Shown here: positions 13,150 through 27,328 of the stretch, piece by piece
How positions within the stretch are numbered: the stretch's first letter is position 1
How the letters are laid out: every line of letters begins with the position of its first letter
Assembly (NCBI GenBank): GCA_964016885.1
Contig: OZ024742.1
Location: 301,134,001-301,198,000, forward strand
From: Eledone cirrhosa
Lineage: Eukaryota
Reading direction: 5' to 3'
DNA length: 64,000 bases
Translations under genes and position numbers: made by a program
Notes under the pieces: generated by a model
The model's database searches: none
Seen by the model: only the letters and a program-made list of their open reading frames with translations
Told to the model about the DNA's origin: nothing

Positions 13150-13349
13150 NNNNNNNNNNNNNNNNNNNNNNNNNNNNNNNNNNNNNNNNNNNNNNNNNNN
13201 NNNNNNNNNNNNNNNNNNNNNNNNNNNNNNNNNNNNNNNNNNNNNNNNNNNNNNNNNNNNNNNNNNNNNNNNNNNNNNNNNNNNNNNNNNNNNNNNNNNN
13301 NNNNNNNNNNNNNNNNNNNNNNNNNNNNNNNNNNNNNNNNNNNNNNNNN
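13150..13349. other. Assembly gap (200 N)
   Basis: Run of N; true size unknown. Confidence 1.
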
Positions 13350-13541
13350 AGTGATGATAGATCTGCTGTTGATGACTTTTTTTACCATCAGAATGAAAGC
13401 TTCACTAATGGGATCCAAGCACTGCAACACCAATGGAAGAAGTGTGTGGACCGCAAGGGGGACTGTTGAAAACTAAACACCATTTAGTCACATTCCATGA
13501 GAGTATCTTGGTCAGCCTATGAACTTTTCAGCTGACCCTTG
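13350..13541 (+). mobile_element. Mariner transposon 3' end (transposase C-terminus + TIR)
   Basis: Frameshifted SAVDDFF..QNESF.TNGIQALQHQWKKCVDRKGD matches a mariner C-terminus. Ends in ctatgaacttttcagctgacccttg followed by TA. Cut on the left by the gap. Confidence 0.85.
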
Positions 13542-13574
13542 TATGTGTATATATCTATATGTATGTATGTGTAT

Positions 13575-14260
13575 ATCTTCTTCACCAACTTATTTCTTGG
13601 AAAGTAAGTTCTCAAACACTCCTTCCAGCAGGTCTTGTCATAAGCAACCATCTCCAATTCATCTGACTGGATTCCCCATATGAAATCAGCCAAGCTCATT
13701 GATGTTAGCCAACCATCTTGCATGGGGTCTGCTCCTGAGACTCCTACCAGTTGGCTTTTCTCCTAAAATCTGTCCAGCAATTCTTTCCTGGGATATTTTA
13801 ATCATATGACTGTAATATCAGAGTTGCGATTTCTCAATTCATAAACGTAGCGGCTCTATCTAGAGTGCCGCTGTGATCTTTGAACTATGCACTCTATCAA
13901 GTAGCGTTATTCCAAAGACCCTTCAGAAGAACCCCATTTCGGCTGCTTGAATTCATGATTGTATTTTTTGGTCATTACCCAAGATTCTCGACCACAGGTA
14001 AGGGTTGGCATGGGCACTGAATTGAAGATAACGAGCTTCGGCTTTTACACCTACCTCCTTCCTTCTGATTACCAAATGCTGAAACTGGCACATTACTGCA
14101 CCAGCGCCTGCAATGCTTGCACTTAGTTAAGCCTCCTGCCTTCCATCACTTGTGAACGAAGCTCCGAGATACCTGAACTTCTCCACCTGCTTCAGTGGAA
14201 CTCCACTCATATGTAGTATACTGCATAGGCTTCCTTGGCACCATACCATCTTAATATACG
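13575..14260 (-). mobile_element. Decayed RTE-clade LINE 3' fragment (older family)
   Basis: Minus-strand translation with stops: QVEKFRYLGASFTSDGR, PTLTCGRESWVMT, IQAAEMGFF*RVFGITLLDRV and ERIAGQILGEKPTGR. Confidence 0.8.
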
Positions 14261-14369
14261 GTACCATAGGGTTGTTATATATCAGGGTTTTCTTATTAGT
14301 TCCTCATGAACAGAATGAGATAAATGACATCTGTTGACATCATTTCCTTATGACTCTCAGAATCTTTAA

Positions 14370-14585
14370 CTTTTTAGCATTTACATTACTCAATATATAT
14401 TATTGTATTTTTGGTGTAAAGGTTTTACCTCACAATTATCTCGCATAATATTCAATCTATGAGATTTTGATATTTATTTTGAGAACAATACCCCAACATC
14501 AGTATGAGCAGCCAGTTATAGCCGGGTTGAGCAGAAACAAGTGAGAACATTCTGGCCAGATACAGCTGGTTTAAATGCTAAAGGG
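14370..14585 (-). mobile_element. piggyBac-type MITE copy
   Basis: Reverse-complement copy of 16752-16958, flanked by TTAA. Confidence 0.78.
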
Positions 14586-14899
14586 TTAAAAGCTTTCTAG
14601 GGTTTACATTCCATTCTTAGTTGAATTGTTCAGTGACCGAGTCATTTGAATTTTGGTGAATGAACGTATCTACTATTTTGATATATGGCCACCACTGACC
14701 AGACAGCAGTACAATTTTACAATCTGATTCTACCCTAGTTGTTTGTACTCTGTGTTAAGTATTTACAGCCAAGTGAAGTGAGCCATTTGAGAACTGCATG
14801 TCTTGGCTATATGTTTCCTTCTCAAATTAAACACCCAAATATTTAGTTTCAGTCTTCTACACTGGATTTTTGCCAGTCGCTCCTTGTAGTTTGTCAGTA

Positions 14900-15012
14900 A
14901 TATATTCAAATATAAGCCAATCCCCTATTTTATGTCTGAGAAATAGGCAAAAATCCAAACCCCATTTATAAGCCAACAACACATTGTTTCGATGGTGCGG
15001 TTTTGAAATTCC
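14900..15012. repeat. Dispersed repeat (DNA-transposon-like end), second copy at ~21997-22112
   Basis: Both places share aatataagc...cctatttt...tctgagaaataggcaaaaatc...gatggtgc.gttttgaaa. Confidence 0.6.
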
Positions 15013-15242
15013 AATGAGTGATCAACAATGTAGTTAGAAAAGATGGATTTAATCATGATTATGCTAGGTTGTTGTTCCTTTGCCCTTAACTCTGTTGGTT
15101 TACAGTATTTGTGGTTAATGAAGTTGTTGCTCTGGCAAGTAAGTCATTGTAGAATAGGTGACAACCATGCCTCTTCCAATGACATTAAGATGAAAGGAAA
15201 CACTACTGTTTTTGCAAGAACTAAAAACCATTGTACCTGTCA

Positions 15243-15610
15243 CCCTCTAACGCTACTGGTACTCCCTTTCCTCTTTCTCACACCACTAGTACTCTCCCCT
15301 CTTCACTCCCTCTAACACCACTGGTACTCCACCTCTTCACTCCCTCTAACACCACTGGTACTCCCCTTCCTCACTCCCTCTAACACCACTGGTACTCCCC
15401 TTCCTCACTCCCTCTAACACCACTGGTACTCCCCTTCCTCACTCCCTCTAACACCACTGGTACTCCCCTTCCTCACTCCCTCTAACACCACTGGTACTCC
15501 CCTTCCTCACTCCCTCTAACACCACTGGTACACCCCTCCTCACACACCCTCATACTGCTGGTATCCCCTCCTCACCCTCTAATATCACTGGTATTCCCCC
15601 TTCACTATTT
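15243..15610. repeat. 34-bp minisatellite, ~10 copies
   Basis: Unit CCCTCTAACACCACTGGTACTCCCCTTCCTCACT, homogeneous in the centre and degenerate at the edges. Confidence 0.95.
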
Positions 15611-16751
15611 AATAACGGTTTCTTTATTTTACCTTAGTTTTGTTATGTTGCATCAGTTCACTTGATACTAAGGCCTATAACTCTTGACCTTTTTTTTTTT
15701 AAATGTTTAATCTGTTGTCAATAGAATGTCCACATCCTCTCTTTTTAAATATAATGATGTTGACCTTACAAAGTCAATGAGGTAGTACTGGATATTGTCA
15801 CAGAGGAAGGAGGTTCCAATTGTACTTTCAACAGCTGCTTGGTTAGCTGGCTGCTTTCCATGTCCTGCTTTTTAGCTGGTTTATGAAACTGTCCTATATA
15901 AGTTAGCCTTTATTTTACTCAACTAATGCTATCCACAAACAGCTCTAACAGCAATCATTTCTCCTACTCAAAGTGAGTGCCTCCACGTGGTCACTTTACC
16001 TGCTAAAAACAGCAGCTAAATCTATTTTACCCATTTTGTTTCAAACCATGGCAACCTGGCCAATATATCTGATGCACACAGTTACAAAGAAAACTCGGTC
16101 TTTGTTCATGTGTATGTTGTGTTGGTGCATAACTTTTATGACTGGATGTCCTTCCTATTGCCCACTGCAGTATTTTACCATTCCACTTACTGAGAAATAG
16201 CTATTTTAGTCATTTGTCCAATAACAAATGAAACTGCATTAGCAAAATATTCTTCAAAAGTACAAAACAGCACTATGATGGCATCCTATTAAAAATATCA
16301 ACTCTTTACTCTAATATTGCAAATTTCCACAATTTTCTGTCCAATAATAAAGATACTGTAAACATTTGAATTAATAAACCTGTTTACATATATTTTCTTG
16401 TAAATCATTACCAGTTGATTAAAAGTTAATATTCTAATTCTGTCTTAATGAGTCGGTATCAATGAAAATTTGGCTTAGAAATGGAAAACATCTGGCATGC
16501 TAGTGGATTGGTTAGATGAATGGTTATGTGCTCATATAATCAGAAGATTCAGACAGAATATTACTCTCCAAATTAACATGTACATGCTGTATTAACTTTA
16601 TTAGTGATGTCACTTTTTTATTTGTTATAGTGACTTTTTGCTAACTCTAACCTCAGTGACATTTCTATCGCACTGTGATATTAGCTTTAGTTTATTTTAT
16701 GCTTTGTCTTCTTTCTTCTGAGAATTTGACCATGAAAAACTAACCCCTTAA

Positions 16752-16958
16752 CCCTTTAATGTTCAAACTGCCCAAAACCGGCCAGAATTCTCTACCTCTT
16801 TCTGTTGAAACTGGCTGTAACTGGTCGCTCAAACTGATGTTAAGGTATTGTTCTCAAAATAAATACTTTCAAAATCTCATAGATTCGATATTATGCGAGG
16901 TAAAGCCTTTACCATGAAAATATAATAGTATATATAGAGTAATGTGAATACTAAAGGG
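16752..16958 (+). mobile_element. piggyBac-type MITE (~205 bp)
   Basis: TTAA|CCCTTTA...TAAAGGG|TTAA. Homologous copies at 14370-14585, 51845-52047 and ~57895-58046. Confidence 0.82.
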
Positions 16959-17212
16959 TTAAGAAAATTAATCCCTTATATGACTGTCAGCTAAATATAA
17001 CCCACTAAAAGACCATACCATTGATTTTAAGTCATCGTCCCATGGTGGTTTGCTCTGGTTAGAGATTAGAGATACATTTTGATATTAACCTTCATTTTCT
17101 GAAGAACCTTGGTTTTATACCAACCCATACCACTGGATATTTGCTACATATTGCATGTAAAAAATGACATTTTTCTGGTGTTGATTGCTAGTATTTTATT
17201 TCATTTTCACAA

Positions 17213-17814
17213 CTAGCAGAAAAACCACCCTACGGGTTGTTTTCTGCTAGCATGTGTAGTGTGTATATTGATATTATACACAAATATATATGCATGTAAA
17301 TATGATACATCAAATAAAATCGTAATTGACAATATACACAGAAATTGAACAAAGCCTATGTTACACTGTCTTCTGTAATCAGTAATCCACGATATATTAA
17401 AAAAAAAAAAAGACATTATATATAAACTGCATTAGAAAATTAGCAACGGAAATATATGCGATTATAAGTGTTATATTATAACGGCCGCTAACCGGAAGTG
17501 TTGACATTTGATAACTTTAAAGAAGTGAATTTTAAAGATTAAGCTATAAAATATATTTAATCAACAACCACGAAATTTAGCACATAAATTATGTAATTCA
17601 TTGATCTGAGTTCAAATCCCGCCGAGGTTGACTTTGCCTTTCATCCTTATGAGGTCGATATAATAAAGTACCAGTAATGCACTGGGTAATTGCTGGCCTT
17701 GTGCCTAAAGTAGAAACAATTATTTATTCAAAGTAATCCAACTTATTTTACAAACGGAGTAAAAAAATATATTCTGGACTCAATCCTGCAGACCTTCCTT
17801 TATTATAGTTAAGA
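17213..17814 (-). mobile_element. Non-autonomous Helitron interrupted by a SINE
   Basis: On the minus strand: A|TCTTAACTATAATAAAGG 5' end, subterminal hairpin and CTAG|T 3' end. Homologous to 50711-51276. A truncated SINE is inserted at ~17602-17722. Confidence 0.85.
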
Positions 17815-20224
17815 TGGTAGTTATCTTTGTCAGCTTGGATCTGTTGAGTCTTATTTTGTAGTATCTGTCGACAACTGTTTGGATCTGTCATATGAGGGAC
17901 CATTTATTTAACCTGTGTGTTCAAGACTGCTATTAAACAAGGTGTCTAATTACTCCACTGGTTTTACTTTATCTGCATGTGAGTGATGTGCTACAGTGAG
18001 ATGGAAGAACCAATTTGTTGGTGCCTTATGTAACAGATTCCTTTCAAATAGAGCACATGTTTTCTGAAGATATTAAGATGTAGTTAGTTAATGTACAGAG
18101 TTGATACCTGCTTTGTTGCTTGCTGCAGTAGACTACACAACATAGCAAATCATTTATTTAATTATTTAGTGATAACCACAAAAGTTAGCATTCTGACTGT
18201 AAATTTTAAAATTTGAGCTAATTTTCCACTTGTACCCATTTGATATTTGAAGAATCTAACCTAAAGCAGTCAGAATTTGTATAATTGCTTGAGAGTTAAC
18301 CCAAGAATTTATAGATTTGATAGTAGCTGCAGCAAAGGAATAATTATTTTGAACAATTCTTGAAGTAATCACTTGATGGGGTTAGTAATTAGTGTGATAA
18401 GTGTAATTTAACTCAAGCTTGTTATTGTTGTAAGATACTATGCTTATTTATTGCTATCATCGAAAAACAAATGTAAAATAATGATGATCATCACCATTGT
18501 TATAAATATTAATGCTGGTGCCACAAAAATTCCATCCAGTATACCTTGTAAGCTGGCTGGTGTGAGGAAGGGCATCCAGCCATAGAAACCATGCCATTTT
18601 GCGTAAATTCTTCAGTTGCATTAAGTCCATGGTAACCTCTCTAGTATTGGTGATATAATGAAATGCACATTATAAAATGGTTGGTGGTAGGAAGGATATC
18701 TAGCCATAGAAAACTTGCCAAACAAAGGGTAGAGAAGAGTCTTCAGTTGTGCCAAACACAATGATCTCCCTAATGCTGTTGCCACAATAAAATGCGCAGG
18801 ATCAGTTGTTCTAATTGACTATTGACTTGGTCTGTAACATCATCCAACTCTTGCTATTCACACTCATAACATTCATATTAAGTACTAAAATTAGACAGGT
18901 CTGTTCTAATTGTAACCATGCTTTGAAGCATAGAGTTACGTCCCTTTATGATCTGAGTTCAAATCCCGCGGAGGTTAACTTTGGCTTTCATCCTTACGGG
19001 GGTCGATAAAATAAAGTACCAGTAATGTACTGGGTAATTGCTAATTGTAGTCAACATAAGCAAACATTTTAGCTACAAAATGAAATGTCATAGTTGGATG
19101 GATGCCTTTTTTTTAAATTCTAAGTACTTTAATATAACTCTTACAAAGCAGAAAGTATGAGTCTGTTAAAAAATGTATATAAAACCTGGACTCTGTTTGT
19201 GTGGGAGTGTTTGTATATTAATGTTTAATGACTGTACAGTTGATATTGACATGTTAAAAGTGTTTTAAGAGTGGCCCCTAAAACTGATCTTTCAGTTTGA
19301 CAGCATACATGGGTCAAAACAAAATAGAGAAGGACAATGAAAAACACTAACTTAACATAAGAAAGGAAGAAAGAGTAAAATATTTATAATAAAGAGAAAT
19401 GATAATGCTGATTCTGATGGTGTCTTTTATAGTTGCTCTTGTTCAAACTCTGCTTCTCTTTTGTTTATCTGTCTATTGCCTAAAGTAATAATTGCTGCTA
19501 GCTTAACTGAATAATTCACCATAGTAATATTGTATTGCAACCAACCTACCAATACATTTATCTGTTTCTCTTGCATTTATCTTCCTATTTTGGAACAGAT
19601 TTTCTACCAGTGTTTCAATTCATATTTTTCCTATCTATTCCGTTTTTGTTATTATTATTCAGTCATATTTTTATTGCATAATTTCATTGCATTACTGAGC
19701 ACAGCTGTGTGCCTTGTCTACGTGCAGGTTTTTTTTTTTTTAATTCTTCCTATTGAAAGTGTCATGAAATGAATGCATCAATAGGTTATATTGCTTGATA
19801 TAATATCTAATATTTAAAATTACTCAACCATTTAAACTCAGCAATACCTTATTAGGAGTATTGATGTGTCAGTTGCCAATAATGCATTTATTGTCAATTT
19901 GTGTGTGAGTCAAGCAATCACAGCATTAAATATAACTTCCTGCATGAATGGGTGTAATCATTGATTTATAATTTGGTATAGTATTGATGTCATAATAAAA
20001 TGCACCCAAGCCTCTCTAACGTAGTAGATATGATATGGTACCACAAAAAATGCACCAAGTGCATTCTGTGAAATGGAATCTATTATTAGGAAGGGCATCT
20101 AGCCACAGAAACTATGCCACATATGGAACGTAACGAATCTGGTCCTCAGATTGTGATAATCTATCTAATTCATGCCAGCGTGGAAAATGGATATAAAATA
20201 TTGATGATGATAATATAAATAATA

Positions 20225-20570
20225 TAACAAAAAGTACTCTATGTAATGTGTTTCGTGTCTAGCAGTGTTATCTTTCGTATGTTGTATATATTTGTAAGTC
20301 CTAGAGTTTTAGTTATGTATTTGTCTGCATGTGTTTTTATCCTTTCTGAGGCACCCTATTATTATTATAGAGATTGTTTCTGTTTTCATCCTATATATCA
20401 AATTATCTTTATTTCCAGATTCTTAATTTTTGGATAATTTTTCCATTTCTTTGAGAGATATATCATCCGTGGAGACCGATATGTCAATTAAGGGACATTT
20501 CTTTGGTGTTCTTTGATTACAATATCTGACAGATTAGCTTTGATCTTGTCTGTGTGTATTGGTATATCTG
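20225..20570 (-). mobile_element. Decayed R4/Dong-like non-LTR retrotransposon C-terminus (restriction-like endonuclease)
   Basis: Minus strand with frameshifts: DIPIHTDKIKANLSDIVIK (cf. ANRPDIV), LIDISVSTDD, KEMEKLSK, PIIIG-like SIIIIG and NIRKITLL. Confidence 0.75.
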
Positions 20571-20935
20571 GTAGATTGGCTTGATCTTGTCTGTTGTGTA
20601 TGTATATACATGGATTCTAAGTATGTAATGAAATGTTAATATAGAATGTTACTGTATTGCAGCAACAGTATCTGTGATAAATGTTGTTAAATTATGTTCT
20701 GACAGATATACTGTTGTTCACTGTTAAAGTTTTCAAGAGTAAACTCACTAGATTAGGGTCAGTGCTGCATCAAGAAGCACCAATATTTTACGACATAAAA
20801 AAAAAAAAAAAAAATCATGCTAAGATAAAATATTAAAAAATATTGGGTGACCATCAGTTAGGTAGCAAACTTTTAAAACATTTAAAAAAAAACTATATAT
20901 ATATAGCATTTCTCCAGTGTAATATATATATATAT

Positions 20936-21996
20936 ACACGTGGCCGGTGCTCTGGTGCAATAAGTAGCAGCAAGTGCCCACAAACTACTAGCTCTTTCAA
21001 TTGCGCAGAGGGTTCTATAGAAATAGTGGACAGCTTCCGTTACCTGGGCGATAAAATCAGCAGTGGGGGAGGGTGCTCTGAAAGTACTGTAGCTAGAGTC
21101 AGAACTGGTTGGAAAAAGTTCAGAGAGCTTATACCACTATTAGCTGCTAAAGGGTTCTCACTAAAAATGAAAGGCAGGTTGTACGATGCCTGCATACGAA
21201 CAGCAATGCTGCATGGCAGTGAGACCTGGGCATTGTGTGCAGAGGATATACGCAGACTAGAGAGGAACGAAGCTTGCATGCTCCGCTGGATGTGTAACAG
21301 TAATATACGTGAACGGCAAAGCATAAACGAACTAAGGAAAAAATTAGAGATAAGAGGGATCAGATGTTGTTTACTCGAGAGAAGGCTACGTTGGTATGGA
21401 CACGTGATGCGCATGAAAGTCGATAGCTGTATAACAAAGTGCAGGGCAATAAAGATAGACGGTAGTCACGGAATAGGCAGACCTAGAAAAACCTGGGACG
21501 AGCTGATAAACTCCGACATCACACACTTACACCTCTCCAAGACAATGTCACTGGACCGAGACCTTTGGCGGTACTCAGTAACAGAGAAGACCCGCCTTAC
21601 CTAAATATATAGTAAAACCTACTCCAGCCAGTAGGCATCTCTAACAAAATACACCCCGTCCCACCACCCCCACCCCCACCCGATCCACACCACCCCGTTC
21701 TATGTAAAGTTATGTTGGTGCCGCGCCATCGAGGCCGAAACAAATGAGATCGTGTAGGTGTCACGACAAAAAACACACAGTCCACGCTGTAATGTGGCCG
21801 TGTAGGCAACACGGTAAAAACCTCCCAGACCCACACTGTAAATGTGGTTGGTGTTAGGAAGGGCATCCAACTGTAGAAAACCTGCCAGACAGTCCTATGC
21901 GAGCAAGACAATCACTCTTGCCTCAAGTGGGACTACCCCCGTCCAAACCCATGCAAGCGTGGAACACGGACGTTAAACGTTGATGATGATGATGAT
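20936..21996 (+). mobile_element. 5'-truncated RTE LINE copy
   Basis: Nearly identical to 55371-56420. Begins directly after (TA)n and ends in (GAT)n. Confidence 0.95.
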
Positions 21997-23249
21997 ACTT
22001 GAATATAAGCAGACTCCCTATTTTCTATCTGAGAAATAGGCAAAAATCGAAACCCTGTTTATGACAGATAGGTGATCACCACATTGTTTACTTAGATGGT
22101 GCAGTTTTGAAACTGAGTGGAGAATGTTTATGAAGTTTTGATATTTAATGTTTTAAGTATTGTTTAATATATAACTTTTGTTTCACAATTCCGTTATGTA
22201 ATGATTTTTAAAAATCGATTTTTGACACTTTGAAGACCTCCATTTACCCCCCCCCCCTTTTTTTTTCTTGCCACATATTTATCAGCTTATATACGGTATA
22301 TATAAATGCTGCCGGTCTTTAGTGGAATGGACAATGTGTGTATGTATAATCTAACCACTAGAGAGAATATGTGCATCTATCAATTAGGATGCCGTCTTAA
22401 TCTGGGGTGACAACTTCTCTAAGGATTACAGAATATATTTCTAAATCTAGAAATATTTTCTTAAATAGTCAGTTAATTTAAAACTTCTGTATTAATCTTT
22501 TTGTGACTATATTTCTAACAAGAATAAGCTAAAAAAGAGGGTTGAGATTTCTTCACTTGTATCAATGACACAATTCCTCATGTTAATGTCACAATAAAAT
22601 GCACCCAGTGCACTCTGTAAAGTACTTGGTGATAGAAAGAGCATTCAGCTGTAGAAAGCTTACCCGGTACACTCTGTAAAGTACTTGGTGATAGGAAGAG
22701 CATTCAGCTGTATCGGACACGACAACCTCCCCTGTGCTGAAGCCATAAAATGTATCCAACGCATTTCATAGTATGTGGAAACAAATGAGAGGTCAATAGC
22801 ACCAATTAATACTGACTTTATCTGTGACAACCAGTTCAACCCTTGCTAGCAAGGAATACGAATGTTAAATGATGATGATTTAATTCATATCCTTTATGGT
22901 ATGTTATGTAATCTGGTTAACGAATTTGAGTTTCAGTTTGAAGTTTATCACAAAATAGCAGTTTCAGTGGGAATTCTGGCTTTAGTGAAAAGAAGTGCAA
23001 TGCACATGACCTAATTCAGGGTTGAAATTGTCAGGAATTAAGATACTCTTAAAATGGAAACCTGATTTGAATATTTACAATAGAATGGATTCTGCTAAAG
23101 AGACTCAAGTGCTAGGCTGTGGTGTTGTGGTTTTTAAGTTAGTGACAGATTTGGATACATCTGAGGGCCTCTTGTGACATAAGCTTCATTGTTAGCAGTT
23201 CAGCTACCCAAATGTCAGTCTGAAAAATGTCTGATAAATTATGGTGTTT

Positions 23250-23900
23250 CAGTAATTTATTTGGCTATGGATACAGTAACACTTCCACCACAGCAGCTAG
23301 GCTATGTGAAGGGACAAAACAGTCGCTGTCAATAGTGTCTCATATGAGCCGTCTACCTCTAGCCCAAGGACAATGGATAAGCCCCATCAACACTGATCAA
23401 TCCAACTGGCTCCAGAATTGAGGGGATATTCTGGTCAGGGCTTAGTTTATGGTTAGTTTCAGCTTGGTGTGGCAAGTAAGTGACCTGCATTTAGTCAATC
23501 TGACAATCCATGAAGACTCTGAATGAAGGGCCTTGCCACATTAACACTTCAATCCTTCATAGACATGGACCCTGACTTTGAGAGGGAAGGAGATGCAGAG
23601 CTCATCCAGACTAAGTAAGCCACCAAAATAGGCCACAGACAAGGTATCAACCCAATCCTCAGAAAATTTGGTACTCACAAAAAGTTGGCAACACCTTGAG
23701 TATTGACTGGATTGATGAAAAATAGTTGAAAATAAGTTTCAGCTGTAGATTGTCCTAAACTCTGAGTGAATTTATCCTTCTCTGGAACTGACAAACCTTG
23801 CACTCTCTCCTCTGTAGAACTTCATCCATCTCCATGTTGGAGTTAGTCCTTGTTAGAAAGGAGTAGATGTGGCCCACCCGAAGGGAGCAAGCAAGCATGA
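23250..23900 (+). mobile_element. Probable highly decayed LINE fragment
   Basis: GC-richer block with scattered RT C-terminal-like peptides (WTL, DKVS..IL). No continuous frame. Confidence 0.35.
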
Positions 23901-24632
23901 AAGAAAGCATGCTGGGTAGAGATAAAGATGAGTATTTATGTAAGCCAAAATCTTTGAATCACTATTTCAAACTTAAACACATGTTTACCATTTTAGAGAT
24001 GGTCATGTCTTAAAGAAATATGGCTGCTGGAATGAGCTAGTCAAGTAATTAAACATCAACTACTTCCTTAATTAATTGAATAGAGATCACCTGATTCATT
24101 ATGTTTAGATAAAGTTTAGTTTCTGCTATAATTAATGATTCAGTTGTTATTCTGATTTCTCTTTGCTATTTTAAATATTGTTTTAGTATCTCTCAGTATT
24201 TTTCTAGTTGACATATTCTTGTTCATTGTTTCTGTAAATTACTCCCTGCTGTGTCTGGGTGAGCTGTGCAATGATGTTGTATGTCCAATATATCATGTTT
24301 GTTACCTTGAACTACATGATAGTATATTGAAATAGATATGTTGATATAAGTTTGTCTTCTCCATCCCACTACCCCCCCCCCCCCTCAATATTGTCATCGC
24401 ACAGTACATAACATGTTTATGAATTTGTCAGTACCAGCTGACTATATATGGGACATAGTTAGTTGCAAGTTGGTCAGTATCTAAGTTAAACACCAAATCA
24501 TGCTGATCCATTAGTCATGATCAAATGTGACCCATCCTACAATTTTAATATAGGATTAATTTTGGGAAAATATATTTTATTTTTTATGTTTTGGCAGCTA
24601 GGTAAAATTCATCTCTCCCACTTCAAGAAATA

Positions 24633-24940
24633 TAATAATTGTTTCTACTTTTGGCACAAGGCCAGCAATTACCCCAGTGCATTACTGGTGCTTATTTTAT
24701 CGACCTTGTAAGGATGAAAGGCAAAGTTAATGGTTTCTGATTTAGGCACACAACCAACAATTTTGGTGAAGGGGAAAGTTGATTAAATCGACCCCAGTGC
24801 ATTACTGGTACTTTATTTTATCGACCCTGTAAGGATGAAAAGCAAAGCTAACCGTAGCAGGATTTAAACTCAGAACGTAAAGGGCTGTAATTCTATGCCA
24901 CAAAGCTTGTTGTCCGATGCTCTACTGATACTGCCAATCC
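24633..24940 (-). mobile_element. Partial plus full family A SINEs in tandem
   Basis: The core ttttatcgacc.tgtaaggatgaaa occurs twice. Confidence 0.8.
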
Positions 24941-25041
24941 AAATAATAATTAAGAGCCAGTCATATACTCTGGGCAATTCCTCTTTCCTAGCTCTTGGTC
25001 TAGACAAACAAATAAGTTTTCTTTCTATTAATTGCATCTCG

Positions 25042-25375
25042 TCATCATCATCATTTCATTTTACGTCCACTTTTCCCTGCTTACAAGGGTGGGACGGGAA
25101 CTGATTCTGGCTTGATTTCTACAGCTGGATGCCCTTCCTAACACCAACCTCATTTACAGTGAGTGCTGGGTGCTTTTTTGCTGTGGCACGACCACTTTGC
25201 AGTGGAATGATAGGGACCCCAGTCCCTATCATCTCATTTCTACAGCTGAGTAAACTGGAGCAATGTGAAATAAAGTGGCTTGCTCAAGGAAACAACACAT
25301 CGACCGGTCTGAGAATTGAACTCACAACCTTTCGATTGCAAGGCCAATGCTCTAACCACTAAGCCATGTGCCTCC
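25042..25375 (-). mobile_element. Family B SINE
   Basis: Near-identical to 48083-48415. Confidence 0.85.
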
Positions 25376-25980
25376 ATGTGCATATATTTCCACAAAATAA
25401 ATAGCTACAGCTTTCTAATTGATAAAATACATACTAGTAAAGCATTAGGATGATTCAATTATTTATAATCCTTTCCTTAGAAGTGTGGAATATTTTGCTA
25501 CACTTAGAAATGATTGTTGTTGTTATTTTGCTCCTTTTTCGGGGAGAGAGAGAAAATGACAAAATAAGTGTTATATACTTGATGTTTCAATTATAGTCCT
25601 TTTTTTCAAATTTGTGTTATGTGAATGCCACAGAAGCCTGCATTTTCCCAGAAAATACTAAAGTCCATTGCAGTTTGATTCTAAGTTCTAAATCTGTTGG
25701 GATTAATTCTTTGAGTGACATGTGAGAAACAGTTGGGTTAACTGTGCCCCATCATCAATATATGTTTGACTAAATTAGAAATCATTTATCATCATTCTCA
25801 ATCATTTAACATCTTTTTCCCCCCTTCTACTTGGTCATCACAGACCATGCCAGTATTTAATCAGAGCTACTGACTTCTAAGACAGTCCAAGGGCTGCATC
25901 TCTCTTACATATGTTCTCTCACTCTGAGTTCATTTCTTTTATTGTAACACCAGCACTAGGGAAGTATAACTCAACTGAAG

Positions 25981-26138
<158 letters not shown>

Positions 26139-27328
26139 AGTAAGTTTACTGTGGCTGTATGCTGTACTTATCACCAATCACTTTACAGAGTGTACTAGGT
26201 GCAGTTTATTGAGTCAACTTTATCATTATCATTACTGTTATTTTTCTGTAGATTTGTTCTCTTGTACAGTTTTTCAATTTGATCTAAAATCCTGATAGGG
26301 TCTATTTTGCCTTCCATCTTTCCAGTATCAATAAAATAAAGTACTATACTATTTGGACACGAGTAACGCCTGTGTCATTAAGGAGTTCACTTGGTAACCA
26401 CGTGGTTCTTGGTTTAGTCCCACTGGGCATTGCCTTTGGTAAGTGTTTTCTATAGCCTCCAGTTGTTCTATGCCTTGTCAGTGAAATTTGATAGTGTGTA
26501 GAAATGTGCGTGTTTATATGTCCTGTAACTTAGTCATTTGACAAAAATGTGATCAATAAAATAAGTACCAGAGTTTAAAAAATAAGTACTGGTGCTGATA
26601 TGTTCAACTAAATCATGATGGGGTTCCAGCATCGTTGCAGTCTGATGATTGAAACCTCTAAGAGAATACTAATCTAGCATGCAGGTCAATCTAATCATCT
26701 CACCTTCCTCCTCTTCTTTAAATTTCTAGCCTTCTGCTTATGTTAGAATTTATTAATGTGCTGGTGCCATGATAAAATACACTCAGTTCACATTGTAAAG
26801 TAGTTGTGCTAGTACCATAATATAATACACTGTCCACCCTGTAAAATAGTAGTGCTGGTACCACAATAAAATACTGTTTATCCTGCCAGGTGGATGTGGC
26901 AGTGTCATGATAAAATGCACGAGGTACACACAGTGAAGTGGTTGGCATTAGGAAGGACATTCAGGCATAGAAAACCATGTCGGAATGGAACATATGAGCA
27001 AGCAGCAGTCATCTGACTTGTCCATCAGAACTGTTTTTTTTCCAATCTGTAAATAATCTGACCTAAGTGTGAGGCAGCATTTCTAATGACTTAGAATATT
27101 GCCTTTGTCAACCTTTTATTTGTGTCAGCTAAAGAGGTTTTACTATTTAATATTTATTAATTTTCACCAGTTGTTTATTGTATGTGAGTATAGCTCTGTG
27201 TCATTGATATATACAGTAATGTAATATATATGTGTACAGTATCTAAGTAATACGTGTGTGTATGTATGTGTGTGTGTGTGTGTGTGTGCAGTTTCTCAGT
27301 AATATTTGTATGTGTGATGTCTATTTAG

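Noticed and set aside
15243-15610. 34-bp repeats (and the 61-bp repeats at 61.4 kb) as a CRISPR-like array
   Set aside because: Head-to-tail units without unique spacers, no cas genes, eukaryotic context.
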